64,000 bases of DNA from Welwitschia mirabilis (GCA_051453625.1 JBOZIK010000001.1:28398589-28462588), one strand, 5' to 3'. Counted from the stretch's first letter, positions 24,909 to 38,509 are shown. Translations and numbers: made by a program. The notes: generated by a model from the letters alone, not told the origin.

Positions 24909-27900
24909 ATGGCCACCAATAAATAAAGAATTGAAAATTTAGAGGCTAGTCTTGAACAACTCCAAAATGACCTTACTGCCAAGTTACATATTGTGGAGGA
25001 AGCCATTACTAGACTATCTGATGTTATGCTCTCCAAAAAAGAAGGCTCCAGCAGTAGCAGTAATGATCATCATACTCATCCTCACAACAACAGGGAAGAG
25101 ATCAAGGACAACATGGAGTGGGAATGTCAGATGTTTTCTTCTAGTATTGCTAAGATTGAGTTTCCAAAGTACTATGGAGATGACCCTACAGAGTGGCTTA
25201 GCAAAGTAGAACAATTATTGTCATTTCAAGGCACCATAGAAGCATAAAAAGTGAACTTAGCCTCTTTTCATCTTGGAGGTGAGGCAAACTAGTGGTGGCG
25301 ATGGCTCAAGAAGGCTTACAAAGAAGAAGGAAAGGACATCACGTGGGCAATATTTGAAGAAGAGCTTTGGGCTCGATTTGGACCCACAGAATGTGAAAAC
25401 TCTGATGAAGCACTATCAAGAGTTAAACGGGTAGGCTTTTTACGAGACTATCAAAAAGAATTTGAGAAGTTAGGGAACCGTGTTCATGGGTGGACACAAA
25501 AGGCATTGGTAGGGACATTTATGGAGGGCCTCAAACCAGAAATTTTAGAAGGAATTCGAATGTTCAAACCAAAGACGCTGAAAGAAGCAATTAGCCTAGC
25601 ACGGATGCGTGATGAACAACTGACTCATCAATAGAAGTTTACAAGGCAACCACAATCCAACTGCACCCAAGGTAACCCTGTTTCACCAAAAATAGCTACA
25701 CCACTTTCTTCCATGAAGCGACTGACTTGGGATAAGATGCAACATCAAAGACTTTAGGGTCTCTGTTTCAACTGTGATGACAAGTTCACGTCGGGTCATA
25801 AGTGTCACAAACCTCAACTCTTACTGTTGGAAGATGAGCTCGATCAAAGCAATGAGAGTGACGAGGAGGGAACCATAGTTAGGATATAAGATGAACCTGA
25901 GATATCATTACATGCACTAACCAGATGATGCACTCCATGAACCATGGGAATTATAGCAAAAATTGGTCACCATGAAATGATTGTCCTTATTGACAGTGGA
26001 TCCACTCACAATTTCATCAATGAAAAAATGGCCACCAAATTGCAACTTCCTGTAGTACTAACAGAATCATTCACAATTAAAGTAGTGAATGGGGTTCCTC
26101 TAAAATGTCAAGGGAGGTTTGAACATGTTAATGTAATGCTCCAAGGTATTCCTTTTTCACTTACATTCTATTCTTTACCACTAATCGGGCTGTACTTGGT
26201 GTTAGGAGTTCAATGGTTGGAGCAATTAGGCATAGTGGTATGTGATTGGGAAAAAATGACCATGGAATTTCAATGGAACAATCAAGCTCAGAAACTTCAA
26301 GGGACAGAAATTCAATCCATCCAACCAGCATCTGTGCATGCTCTTTCAAAGGAGCTCTGACAAGGAAATGCAATGTTTGTTGGTTGTGTCCAAAATGAAA
26401 TGAAGATGCCACTAAATGGGGTCCATCCGGATATGCAGTAGTTATTGCAAGCTTTTGGAGATATTTTCCAAGAACCACACCAACTACCTCCAACAAGGAA
26501 AATTGAGCACCACATTCCACTCAAAGAGGGAACCGAGCCTATCAACGTGAGACCCTACAAGTATGCCTATTTTCAAAAAGCTGAAATTAAAAAACAAGTT
26601 CATGACATGTTACGATTGGGGCTTATCAGATCCAGTACCAGTCCTTTCTTATCCCCTATGTTATTGGTGGAAAAGAAAGATGGAACATGGCGTTTTTGTA
26701 CTGATTATAGAGCTCTTAATGTTGTGATCATAAAAGACCGCTTCCTAATTCCTACAGTAGATGACATGTTAGATGAACTTTATGGAGCAACTTACTTCAC
26801 TAAATTGGATTTGAAAGCTGGTTACCATCAAGTACGAGTACATCCATCCGATATTCATAAAATTGCTTTTCACACTCACAATGGTTATTATGAATATTTA
26901 GTTATGCCTTTCGATCTATATAATGCGCCATCTACATTTCAAGCTATTATGAACTCCATTTTTTGCCCATATGTTCACAAATTCATGTTAGTTTTTTTTG
27001 ATGACATCTTGATTTATAGCCCCAGTTAGATCGTGCATCTTAAACATGTACATAAAGCTTTTGAAATATTAAGGCAATACAAATTCTTTATCAAAGTCAG
27101 CAAATGTTTTTTTGGCCACCAAGAATTAGAATACCTAGGACATATTATTACTTTTTAAGGAGTAAAGGTGGACCAAAAGAAAATTACAGATGTGTTAAAT
27201 TGTTCAAGGCTTACTACTATTTCTGAAATATGTGGTTTCTTAGGCCTAATAGGTTATTATAGAAAGTTTTTTCATGATTATGGACTTTTGATTCAACCTC
27301 TCATCAATTTGTTAAAGAATGGACAATTCAATTGGAATGATGAAGCTGAATCTGCCTTTGAAGCTCTCAAGCAAGCCATGACTACTACTCCAACACTTCC
27401 CATGCCTAACTTCACTGTTCCTTTTACCATTGAAATGAATGCCTCTGGAGATGGCATTAGTGTTGTCTTAACTCAACGAGGGAAACCAGTAGCCTTCATG
27501 AGCTAAGCCTTGAGGTCATCCAAAAGATCCTAGTCAACATATGCAAGAGAGATGCTTGCAATTGTCTAAGATGTCCAAACATGGAGGCCTTATTTAATGA
27601 GCAGGAAGATCTTCATTCAAATAAACCATTGTAGCCTCAAATATTTTTTGGAAAAATGAGTTATCACCCCAGAGCAGCAAAAATGGGTATCAAAGTTTCT
27701 TGGATATGATTAAGAGATCATATACAAGCTGAACAAGGACAATTTAGCAGCCGATGCACTTTCTCGCATGGTTAGAATTCCACATCTTGATGCTCTATTT
27801 GTTCCACAAGCTCAAATTTGGGATGATATCAAAGAAGCAGCAACCAACCATCCATATATGCAACAAATTGTGAAATTGGCAACTAAGAAACCAGGTGCTC

Positions 27901-29318
27901 CATATACTTGGAGGGATGGACTAGTGTACTACAAGAATAGAGTAGTAGTGCCTCCAAACTTGCATCTCATTAAGTTGCTCTTACAGGAATTCCATGATTC
28001 ACCAATTGGTGGACATTCAGATGTGTTGAGAACTTATAAATGCCTTGCACAATAGTTTTATTGGCCCTCAATGCATCAAATCATAAAGGAATACGTAGCT
28101 GCTTATGATGAATGTCAATGAACTAAATCATCAACTCTTTTACCAGTTGGCCTCTTGCAACCTTTGCCAATTCTGTGTCAAGTGTGGGATGACATTACCA
28201 TGGATTTTATTGAAGGACTTCCTCAATCCAATGGCAAGAACATGATTTTTGTTGTGGTGGATCGCTTAAGTAAGTTTGCTCATTTTATTGCTTTGTCTCA
28301 TCCATTCACTGCAAAAATTGTAGCTGAAAAATTTGTAGAAGTAGTTGTGAAGCTACATGGTATTCCTAGAATAATTATTAGTGATAGGGATCCACTGTTT
28401 ATTAGCCATTTTTGGCAAGAATTTTTCAAGATGTCAGGAACGTAGTTAAAGATGAGTTGATCATATCACCCGTAAATAGACGGTCAATCTAAGCTCGTTA
28501 ACTGATGTCTTGAATAGTAATTGAGATGCTTTGCTCATCAACAGCCATGCAAATGGAGCTTATTTCTTTCATTGGCTGAGTTTTTGTACAATACTACTTA
28601 TCATGTATCAATTGGCATGACATCTTTTCAAGCATTATATGGACATTTACCTCCATCAATTCCACATTATGAAGAAGGCAGATCTGTAGTACAAGAAGTT
28701 GACTAGTAACTTGTTTCAAGGGATACCATATTGCACCAACTGAAAGCCAATCTTAGTGCTACCAAGAACCTTATGCAACAAATGACCAATTCCAAAAGGC
28801 GAGATGTTCAATTCAAAGAGGGAGATTGGGTCTTTCTTAAACTACATCCATATCACCAACACACTATACTTGCACGAGCATGTCAAAAATTGGCTAGGCG
28901 TTTCTATGAACCTTATCAAATTGAATAAAGGATTAGCAAGGTAGCTTATAAACTCAAGCTTCCAGAAGGATCTCATGTCCATCCTGTCTTTCATGTTTCA
29001 TTACTCAAAAAGAAAATAGGTGATACACACATGGCCACTCCTGAGATACCACCTATTGCAGATGGGGAAACCATCATGGAACCTGAAAGTATTTTGAACA
29101 CATGATGGATCAAACAGGGGGCATGTCTTATAGAAGAAAGTCTAGTGAAATGGAAGCACCTTCCAATTGAGAATACCACCTGGGAAAATATTCAGCAGCT
29201 GCAAGACTAGTTCATAAATTTGAACCTTGAGGGCAAGGTTCCGCTAGAAGAGGAGGGTAATGATAAGCCAAAAAGGTCCTCAAGAGTGCCACGAAAGAAT
29301 CCAAGATATTTTTCTTAA
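24909..29318 (+). pseudogene. Decayed gag-pol polyprotein (gag, protease, RT, RNase H, integrase, chromodomain), copy 1
   Basis: MATNK*RIENLE start; KIEFPKYYGDDPTEW (gag); VLIDSGSTHNF (protease); WRFCTDYRALN and VFFDDILIYS (RT); [11 protein letters not shown] (integrase); EPESIL..LVKWKHLP..TWE (chromodomain). Many in-frame stops. The frame ends inside the 3' LTR at TAA 29316-29318. Confidence 0.92.
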
Positions 29319-29324
29319 CACAAA
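29261..29324 (+). repeat. Truncated middle LTR (first 64 bp only) after the PPT AGAAGAGGAGGGTAA
   Basis: Matches 24483-24546 with 3 mismatches, then switches abruptly to non-LTR sequence. Confidence 0.9.
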
Positions 29325-29506
29325 ATTACGGCCATCAAACATTGCAAACCAGTTTAAAAGAACAGCTATTGCTACAGTTCGCTTGGAAAGAAGAACAGAA
29401 CTCGCGAAATGAAAGCTCTTTTCTTTCTCGGATAGCGATTGCAACGCGAAAAAGACACAAATTTCAGGGAAGATCAAAGACAACGCATGGGATAAGAAGC
29501 ACATAC

Positions 29507-29642
29507 CAGCTTTCTGTGGAAGGCAGATCCAGCCACAACCTATGCCGTGTTCTTCAATGTAAGATTTGAGTAGACGATCTTCTTCGACGGACCATTGGCC
29601 TCTCTTGACGGCACTTTTGTCACAGCAAGGCTTCTTTCCCAT
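29507..29642 (-). pseudogene. R2R3-MYB exon 1 (subgroup-14 / RAX-MYB36-like); exons 2-3 not found
   Basis: MGKKPCCDKSAVKRGQWSVEEDRLLKSYIEEHGIGCGWICLPQKAG. The 136-nt coding exon ends at a canonical phase-1 G|GTATGT donor. Intron 1 is cut off by the LTR at 29324. Confidence 0.8.
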
Positions 29643-29850
29643 GACACTCGCAACAAAATCAAAAACCTGTACCTGAATAGAGGAAATCAAATCCAGAAAG
29701 AAAGATTTGATAATCGAATCCTAATATCCAATGATTGCTTCAAAGATCGTATGACAAAGCGAAATGCAGACTTCAGACTTTCCTCGGACACGGAACTCCC
29801 TTCCTCAGATCTATCATAAGTGTTGATATAGCAAAAAGCCGATTCCGCTT

Positions 29851-29876
29851 CCTATATAAATAAGAGTATATATATG
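29851..29876 (-). promoter_or_regulatory. Candidate TATA region of the MYB fragment
   Basis: The minus strand reads CATATATATACTCTTATTTATATAGG about 210 nt upstream of the MYB ATG, at the edge of the CpG-rich island. Confidence 0.35.
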
Positions 29877-31241
29877 AACTCATAGTTTACCTTTAGCTAG
29901 AAATTTAAAAAGTGGAATTATAAATTAAATTAGCTAAAACCAAACATAAATCATAGAAATACCTAAACATAGATTTACAAAGACAACCTTAAGAGACATT
30001 ATCAATAGTTTAATAATACATGAAACTCTATATAATTCTTATTATGAAAGATGTTAATAAATTAATTAAATAATGAAATTAAAACTAAAACAATATATGT
30101 GATGTTAGAAGATAACAATAAGATAATACAAATATTCTTTTTATTCTAAATAATTAAGGTAAAATCCCATGGGTCATATGCATGGAAGGCATCCTACTAA
30201 GCATACCTTCTATTCTAAAGAACTAAACAAAAATCCCAATGAAACCATCCTCTAATGTTGATTAAAGTAAAAATTAAAAAAATTATAATGACTATATTAT
30301 TTCATTTTCTTTATGAGTACTTTCCTCAGCCTTATTTTTGTCTCTTATGAGGTTGTATGTAAAAATTTACAAATATGAATCTAGTACATGATAAAGATAT
30401 ACTTTGACCTTTTTGAAATATTATTCTTCTTGTAATGTTTAAATTAAAGTGATAAAAAAAATCTCTAACATCCTAAATGATGGGATAAAAATAAATTATT
30501 TCATAAGATTCATAAACACAAGAAAAAATCTTAATAATTAAACTTATTAATATATCTAATGAAGAAATTAAATTTTTAAAAATAAAATATGATAACCAAT
30601 GTTTAATATATGAAGACTCACTTGATAAATGAAAGTTCTTTTATAAATCTAAAGAGACTAATTCATAAAATAAAAGAGTTACATAGCTTGATGTTAAGTG
30701 AATATGGTCTTGATAATAAATGGATCAAGACTTACATTGGACCTTTCAACATGATGTATTGCCACATGTTTTGGTACATCTATCGATGTCTATTACACAT
30801 AGATGACATATCCCATGAGTGAGCTCCTCTTAGTCTTCCATATGATAGGGTAGTCTAAGAGAGCTATGTATATGAGCTACATAACCTAAAAGTGAAAAAA
30901 ATAGAGGGAAAATCATGAGGTTTTACAATAAATAAACATGAAATATACCCAAACTATTATTATTTAATGGAAAAAAGCAAAATATCTTTATGTATGTGTA
31001 TGGCCTTGGATATCTGATAATAAGTCTGTTGGTTTATAAATTTTAAGAATAATCATATTACAGCATAATCTAATTTAAAACTACATTCTAGCAAAAGAAT
31101 TCTTATAAATTCACTATATGAGATCTAGTGTAAAAATAAACNNNNNNNNNNNNNNNNNNNNNNNNNNNNNNNNNNNNNNNNNNNNNNNNNNNNNNNNNNN
31201 NNNNNNNNNNNNNNNNNNNNNNNNNNNNNNNNNNNNNNNNN

Positions 31242-33575
31242 AAATTCGTGCTAGTTTTTTTTTGATGACATCTTGATTTATAGCCCCAATTGGACCATGC
31301 ATCTTGAACATGTACATAAAGCTTTTGAAAGGTAATACAAATTCTTTGTCAAAGTTAGATAATGTGTTTTTCACCACCAAGAATTAGAATACCTGGGACA
31401 TATTATTACTTCTCAAGGAGTAAAGGTGGATCAAAAGAAAATTACAGATGTGTTAAATTGGCCAAGGCCTACTAATATTTCTAGACTACATGGTTTCTTA
31501 AGCCTAATAGGTTATTATAGAAAGTTTGTTCATGATTATGGGCTTTTGGTTTAGCCTCTTACCAATTTGTTAAAGAAAGGACAATTCAGCTAGAGTGAAG
31601 AAGCTGAATCTGCCTTTGAAGCTCTCAAGTAAGTTATGACTACTACTCCAACACTTGTTATGCCTAACTTCACTGTTCCTTTTACCATCAAAATGGATGC
31701 CTCTGGAGATGGCATTGGTGTTGTCTTAACTCAACAAGGGAAACTAGTAGCCTTCATGAGCTGAGCCTTAGGGCCATCCAAGAGATCCTGGTCAACATAT
31801 GTAAGAGAGATGCTTCCAATTGTCTAAGATATCCAAACATGGAGATCTTATTTAATGGGTAGGAAATTCTTCATTTAAATAGACCTGCATAGCCTCAACT
31901 ATTTTTTGGAACAATGATTTATCACCCCAGAGCAGCAAAAATGGGTATCAAAGTTGCTTGAATATGATTACGAGATTATATATAAGTCGGGCAAGGAAAA
32001 TTCAGCGGCCGATGCACTTTCTTGCATGGTTAGAAGTCCACATCTTGATGCTATGTTTGTTCCACAAGCTCAGATTTGGGATGATATCAAAGAAGCAGTA
32101 GCCAACCATCCATATATGCAACAAATTATAAAATTGACAACTCAGAAACTAGGTGCTCCATATACTTGGAGGGATGGACTAGTGTACTATAAGAATAGAG
32201 TAGTAGTGCCTCTAAACTCACACCTCATTAAGTTGCTCTTACAGGAATTCCATGATTCACCAATTGGTGGACATTCAAGTGTGTTGAGAACTTATAAATG
32301 CCTTGAACAACAGTTTTATTGGCCCTTGATGCATCAGATCATAAAGGAATATGTAGCTTCTTGTGATGAATGTCAACAAACTAAATCATCAACTCTTTTA
32401 CTAGCTGGCCTCTTATAACCTTTGCCAATTCTGTGTCAAGTGTGGGATGACATTACCATGGATTTTATTGAAGGACTTCCTCAATCGAATGACAAGAACA
32501 TGATTTTTGTTGTGGTGAATCGCTTAAGTAAGTTTGCTTATTTTATTGCCTTGTCTCATCCATTCACTACAAAAATTGTAGCTAAAAGATTTGTAGAAGC
32601 AGTTGTGAAGATACATGGTATTCCTAGAATAATTATTAGTGATAGGGATCCACTGTTTATCAGTCATTTTTGGCGAGAATTTTTCAAGATGTCAGGGATG
32701 CAGTTAAAGATGAGTTCATCATATCACCCACAAATAAATGGTCAATTTGAGGTCGTTAACTGATGTCTTGAATAGTACCTGAGATGCTTTGCTCATCAAC
32801 AACCACGCAAATGGAGCTTCTTTCTTTCATGGGATGAGTTTTGGTATAATACTACTTATTATGTATCAATTGGCATGATACCTTTTCAAGCATTATATGG
32901 ATGTTTACCTCCATTAATTCCATATTATGAAGAAGGAATATCTGTAGTATAAAAAGTTGACCAGCAACTTGTTTTAAGGGATGCCATATTACTCCAACTG
33001 AAAGCCAATCTTAGTGTTACTAAGAACCGTATGCAATAAATGACCAATTCCAAAAGATGAGATGTTCAATTCAAAGAGGGAGATTGGGCCTTTCTTAAAC
33101 TACATCATATTGCCAATGCACTATATTTGCATGAGCATGTCAAAAATTGGCCAGCCGTTTCTATGGTCCTTACCAAATTGAACAAAGGATTAGCAAGGTA
33201 GCTTATAAACTCAAGCTTCTAGAAGGATCTTGTGTCCATCTTGTCTTCCATGTTTCATTGCTCAAAAAGAAAATAGGTGATACACACATGACCACTCCTG
33301 CGATATCACTTATTGCTAATGGGGAAATCATCATGGAACCTAAAAGTATTTTGAACACACGATGGATCAAACAGGGGGCACATCTTGTAGAAGAAAGTTT
33401 AGTGAAATGGAAGCACCTTCCAATTAAGGATGCCACCTGGGAAAATACTTAGCAACTGCAGGACTAGTTCATAAATTTAAACCTTAAGGACAAGGTTTCA
33501 CTAGAAGAGGAGGGTACTGATAAGTCAAGAAGGTCCTCAAGAGTGCCATGAAAGAATCCAAGATATTTCTCTTAA
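31242..33575 (+). pseudogene. Second copy of the Reina-like pol (RT C-terminus, RNase H, integrase, chromodomain)
   Basis: Colinear with 26979-29318 and highly similar but not identical. Begins immediately after a 100-N gap. Confidence 0.9.
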
Positions 33576-33921
33576 CACAAAGTGCAAGTTACAGGGCAAT
33601 GTTTGCACAAGAGCTACCTGTTACATGGCTCAACTTATGGTTGTTGAATTGGTCAAGTCTATTAGTAATGCTTGCTTGTAAATAAGTCCAATAGTAATTT
33701 TCATAAGTTGTTAATTAATTTCAATAATTGTTGCTGCTTTGTTGCAACTAAACATTGTGGCCCATATTAGTAGGAAAGTTTTTTTTTATTTCTTTGTATT
33801 TAAACTCTTCTGGAATAAAAAGAAAAGAAATATATCTTCATCAACTAAAATTCTAGGTTGTTCTCATCCTAAGCAGAACTCTATTACACTTATACCTTCA
33901 AGCTTTGACTGGGACCTATAA
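33518..33921 (+). repeat. Complete 3' LTR of the Reina-like element
   Basis: PPT AGAAGAGGAGGGTAC, then TGATAAG...CCTATAA (terminal CA mutated), followed by TTTAG. Confidence 0.9.
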
Positions 33922-35170
33922 TTTAGTAGTTGATCTAATTTTAACCTATAAAACTCAATGTGACACCTTTTTCAAGCGAACAATGATTAACCTATTGAGT
34001 AACACCAGTATGTATTTATAAATCATAATGTTATTCATCAGAGCTGCATAATCTTCTCTTTTCCATAAAGAACTTTGGTGATCCTTCTCAAACTCGATCA
34101 TGGCATCAAATTCATTTTTGCCTTTGAATTATAGCTTCGCATTCAAACTTTGCAAAATTGAAACTCTTTAGTCTAAAGACGAGTCTCAATTTGGTGAGTT
34201 TGATCATTCTAAACTTGTTTTCTCAGAAAACAAGGCTTGAATAGCTTGACTAAACTAATCTCTCAGAGAGTTTGACAATAATATATCAATCTGCTACCAA
34301 ATGTAAAGAAACAAAATGCCAAAATCTTCCCATGCTAGGGCTACTTACATATACTAGCAGATCGCCAAAAAATTGAAATCAGTAATGCTTTCAATGTCAT
34401 CATTAAAAGTTACATGCAACACTTATGCTATAGTATTCTGCCACGTTATGGTCTTTAGGTTATGAGTAATCTAATTCATACATTAAAGAAACATCAAAAC
34501 TAGTCCAAGTGCATATGCAACAAAGGCAACGTTAAAGCAAATCGAGGCAAGCAAAAATAGCAACCTAAGCTAATCTCCTTAAATATTAATTTTTAAAAAA
34601 CTATTAATTAAGCAACTGGAATAAGTTGTAGGAATTACAAATGACAAAGAGTCCCTAAATGAAGCTTTAAAAAAGCAATAACCCAATTTTCAGCAAGATC
34701 CATATGAATAATCCCATCTCGATTGGAGGAAGCATTGTAGAAATTCTCTTGTTAGGCCTTCCAATCATAGTAGTTATTATTATAAATGATCACTTATTAT
34801 TATAAATGACTAATTATTATAAATAGTTTACTCCTAATACACACATATACACATATTGTTATCTATAAGCAGTTTCACTTCAAATGTCTTAGGATTTCTT
34901 TTTTCTTATTTTGACTTTGTCCATTGATAAGTAATAAGTGATTACTTATAATGATTATTGATAACATAATTTCATGAATCCTTCTCCCATGAAACTATTG
35001 TTTATCCTGGAATTCAATTATAAAGAATGCAGGCTTGTTCTTAGTTACAACTATTATTACAAAAAGATAAAAAAGGTAAGTCATTAGAACTTTATTATTG
35101 ATAGTATTATTGTAGTAGCAACTTTAATAATGAATGTATAGATGAGATAGTTAATAGCAAGAGTAGACAA

Positions 35171-38100
35171 ATCCTCTAGATTAGCCAATCAACATGAAAT
35201 CTAGCAAAACATCATTAATTATTTCCAAGGTCATCTTGGCCATGAGGCTAGAGTATCTCACGTAGATACTTCAATTCTAACGGATGGCCCTTTAATTTTA
35301 GAACAACAATGGATGGATTTATGTAGGTCAATTTCATCAGAAGAGATCAAAACACTTTTTTCTCGATAGGCAATGACAAATCCCGAGGCCCTGATGGGTT
35401 TTCAGCAAAGTTTTTTAAAACTACCTGGAATATTATAGGTAAAGATGTATGTACAATAATTAAATCATTTTTTAGTGGTGGGAAAATGCCTAAAAGCACA
35501 AATTCAACTTCTATTATCCTAATCCATAAATCCATAAACCCGTCAAGAGCCTCAGGATTCAAACCCATTACTTGTTGTAATGTCATATACAAAGTAATCT
35601 CTATTATTATTTCTAATAGACTCAAAACAGTATTGTTAGATCTTGTAGCATATAATCAAAGGGCCTTCATTCGTAATAGAAGCATTATCCATAACATCCT
35701 TCTATCCTAAGAGCTAGTCCAACATTATGCCAAGAAAAGGATCAGCCCAAGATGTGCCCTAAAAGTGGATCTGAGAAAGGCCTATGACTCAATCTCATGA
35801 ACTTTGTTATTCAACTTGTTGAAAGGCTTTGGATTTCCTTACAAGCTGATTAAGTAGATTAAGGCTTGAATTTCCAACCCATATTTCTCTATCCTTATCA
35901 ATGAAGGTATGGTAGGCTATTTTCTAGGAAATAGAGGTCTAAGGTAGGAAAACCCTATGTTACCCTACCTCTTCTCCCTAGTCATGGAGTGTTTTTCATA
36001 GAGTCTTATGAATATGATGCAAAACCCCCTTTTCCACTTTCACCCTAAATGTAGTAGGCTTAAAGTTATGCACCTGTGTTATGTGGATGACCATTTTATC
36101 TTTAGCAGAGGTGATGATAGCTCCATCCATTTGTTGAAATCTGTGCTTCACCATTTCTCACAAGTTTCAAATCTTCAGGCAAATAGGCTAAAAAGCCAGG
36201 CCTTATTTAGAGGTATTTCCCAAGGCCAAAAAGAAACTTTCCTCAACCAGCTGGGATTTCCAGAAGGAACCCTCTCGGTCAAATATCTTGGGGTGCCTTT
36301 AAATTTTAGAAATATTTCTATTGGAACTGCCTCCCTCTAATCCTCAGGGTAACCAGGAAAATAAGATTGTAGACTGCTAAGCTCTTCTCCTTTGCTGGGA
36401 AACTAGTCTTAATTAAGGTAGTTCTTCAAAATCTATCTTGCTTTTAGTGTAGGGTGTTCACCCTGCCAAACAAGATCCTTCATGAGATTAATGCCTACTG
36501 TAGAAAATTTCTCTGGACTGGTAAAACAGAGCAATTGAAAAAAGCCCTAGTAGCTTGGCAGAAAATGGTGAAACCAAAATTAGTAGGAGGACTGAGCCTT
36601 ACAGACTCCATTCTAATGAACAAGGCATTAGTGCTTTCCCAACTCTGGGACTTAGCACTAAAGAAAGATTCTCTATGGGTCAAATGGTGTAATGAATACT
36701 ACATCAAAGGAACAAACATCTGACAGCTCCAAATCAGAATAAATCCCTCTTGGATCATTAAGAAAATCTTGAAGCTCAGACCCATTACAACATGTTGTAT
36801 ACAGGTTTCATCATTAGCAGTCACATGAATAGCAGTGGGTAAACCTTTCTTAACTTCTACCTCATACTGTTAGTTAGCTAGCCATCACACAAAGCTAGAT
36901 TGATACTCTTTGATTTGAAATTATTTCTCTATCCCTAAATACATCTTTGTGGCATGGATTACTTGCTAGAATAGATTATACACAAAATATAGAATATCCA
37001 AGCTAGGATTCCAGATAGACCAAACTTGTGTTTCTTGTGGGATGGTCATAGAGATAAGAGACCATCTCCTATTTGAGTGCCCTCCATGTTTCCATCTACT
37101 TCGAGATGCTTTGGGCCTAGTTCACCTCCACCCACTAGTTTCCTCTTGGAATGATATTCTAAATTGATTCAAGAGTAGGTGTATATCAACTTTTTCCCAA
37201 TACAACATACCCAAATTTATCTTCACTGTGTGTATTTATCATGTCTGGCAAGGTAGGAATGGTAAGATCATTAGATAGCTAGATTTTAATATATCTGTTA
37301 TTCTTAAAAAAATTAAGTTCCACCTTATAAATAGTCTCTCCTCTATAGAGCAGCTTAAAAACTCTTAGAAGAATAGAGAGTGGTGCCAGCAGGTCAGTAT
37401 TTCCCCAATCTTCCTAGGTGGAGCACCCATTCATTAGCCAACTAATTAGATCTGTCCTTGTGGAAAATCCCGTTTATCCAGGCTATTTGTTCTTTGTTTT
37501 ATGGTTAATCATTTTATAGCTTTTTGGAGGGAATTTCTAATTTCTCAAAGTTTTAATTCTATAAATCTAGTAAATTAGGGTACCTTCACTGTTAAGAAAG
37601 CTGCAAACAATTCTTAATCTGTATTCCTAACCAGTCCAGTGCTGTCTACACAAAAAAAAAGTAGCTATGTTTTTGCTATCAAGTCTCCTTATTGGAAAGT
37701 AGTACTAGTAGAAAGATAAAGATTTGAATTGATAGAGCTATAGGCATAAGCAGGACACAATTCCTAAGGTAAGGTAATACGGGTTAGCAAGTTTTCAATG
37801 CCATCTGAGGGTAGAGGTACTATCTCTCCTATTTTAAGATCTTTATTCTTAGTAACACCAAATCTAATATCTGGGGGACCATTTATCCTACAATGCAAAT
37901 TTCTTAGTGCTGTCCATGTGAGTTTTGATGTCTATCCTAAACAAAAGCAGGCCTCCATCTGTGGGCACCTCCCATGCCAACATGTTTTCAATAGTTAACA
38001 ACTGGAAATTTTATTCAACATACCAGAGAATAGGGTGAAAGTAATGAATTATCTCTCTAAATGGCCTCCTGAGGAATACTGGTATTTTATCCTATAATAA

Positions 38101-38509
38101 AAGCTTCTGGTAGAAGCATCCCCCAGTCTCTCAAGTTTGAAACATTTGTAGGCAATGTTCAAATCCTAAGCAAGTTCCAACTACATTTTGCAGGTCACCA
38201 AGGCGTACCAAAGAGCAGAGGAAAGATCAGATTTCTTTAGGTTAAATGTTTATAGCCTTGAGCCTTGTAAAATCCAGCAAGGAAAATTCATCAGTGTTAT
38301 TCCCTCCGATAAAGTTTCTTTGGGCACTTGATAGCCCAACTCTATATCAATTGTTTCTTTAGGCCCTTGATAGCCTAGCTCCATATCAATTTATTTCTTA
38401 CTTTAGGGCACTCAGCCATTATGATTTATGTTATATGGTTTTTGTAAAGAGTTTGTACTTCTAATGTTTTTGGTAATGAAAATTCTTCCAAATTTCATTC
38501 AGAAAAAAA
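35171..38509 (+). mobile_element. 5'-truncated L1-like LINE with poly-A tail and 12-bp TSD
   Basis: RT motifs GPDGF, FKPITCCNVIYK, LKVDLRKAYDS, HLCYVDD, KYLGVPL, and zf-RVT CVSCG..DHLLFEC. About 1 kb of 3' UTR and an A-tail at 38503. TSD AAGAGTAGACAA at 35159-35170 and 38510-38521. Confidence 0.9.

Larger units (their letters stand above)
24483..33921 (+). mobile_element. Composite Ty3/gypsy chromovirus (Reina-like) unit: LTR, gag-pol, partial LTR, MYB fragment, gap, partial pol, LTR
   Basis: Identical 5-bp flanks TTTAG at 24478-24482 and 33922-33926. The terminal LTRs are homologous over their full ~400 bp. Confidence 0.7.
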
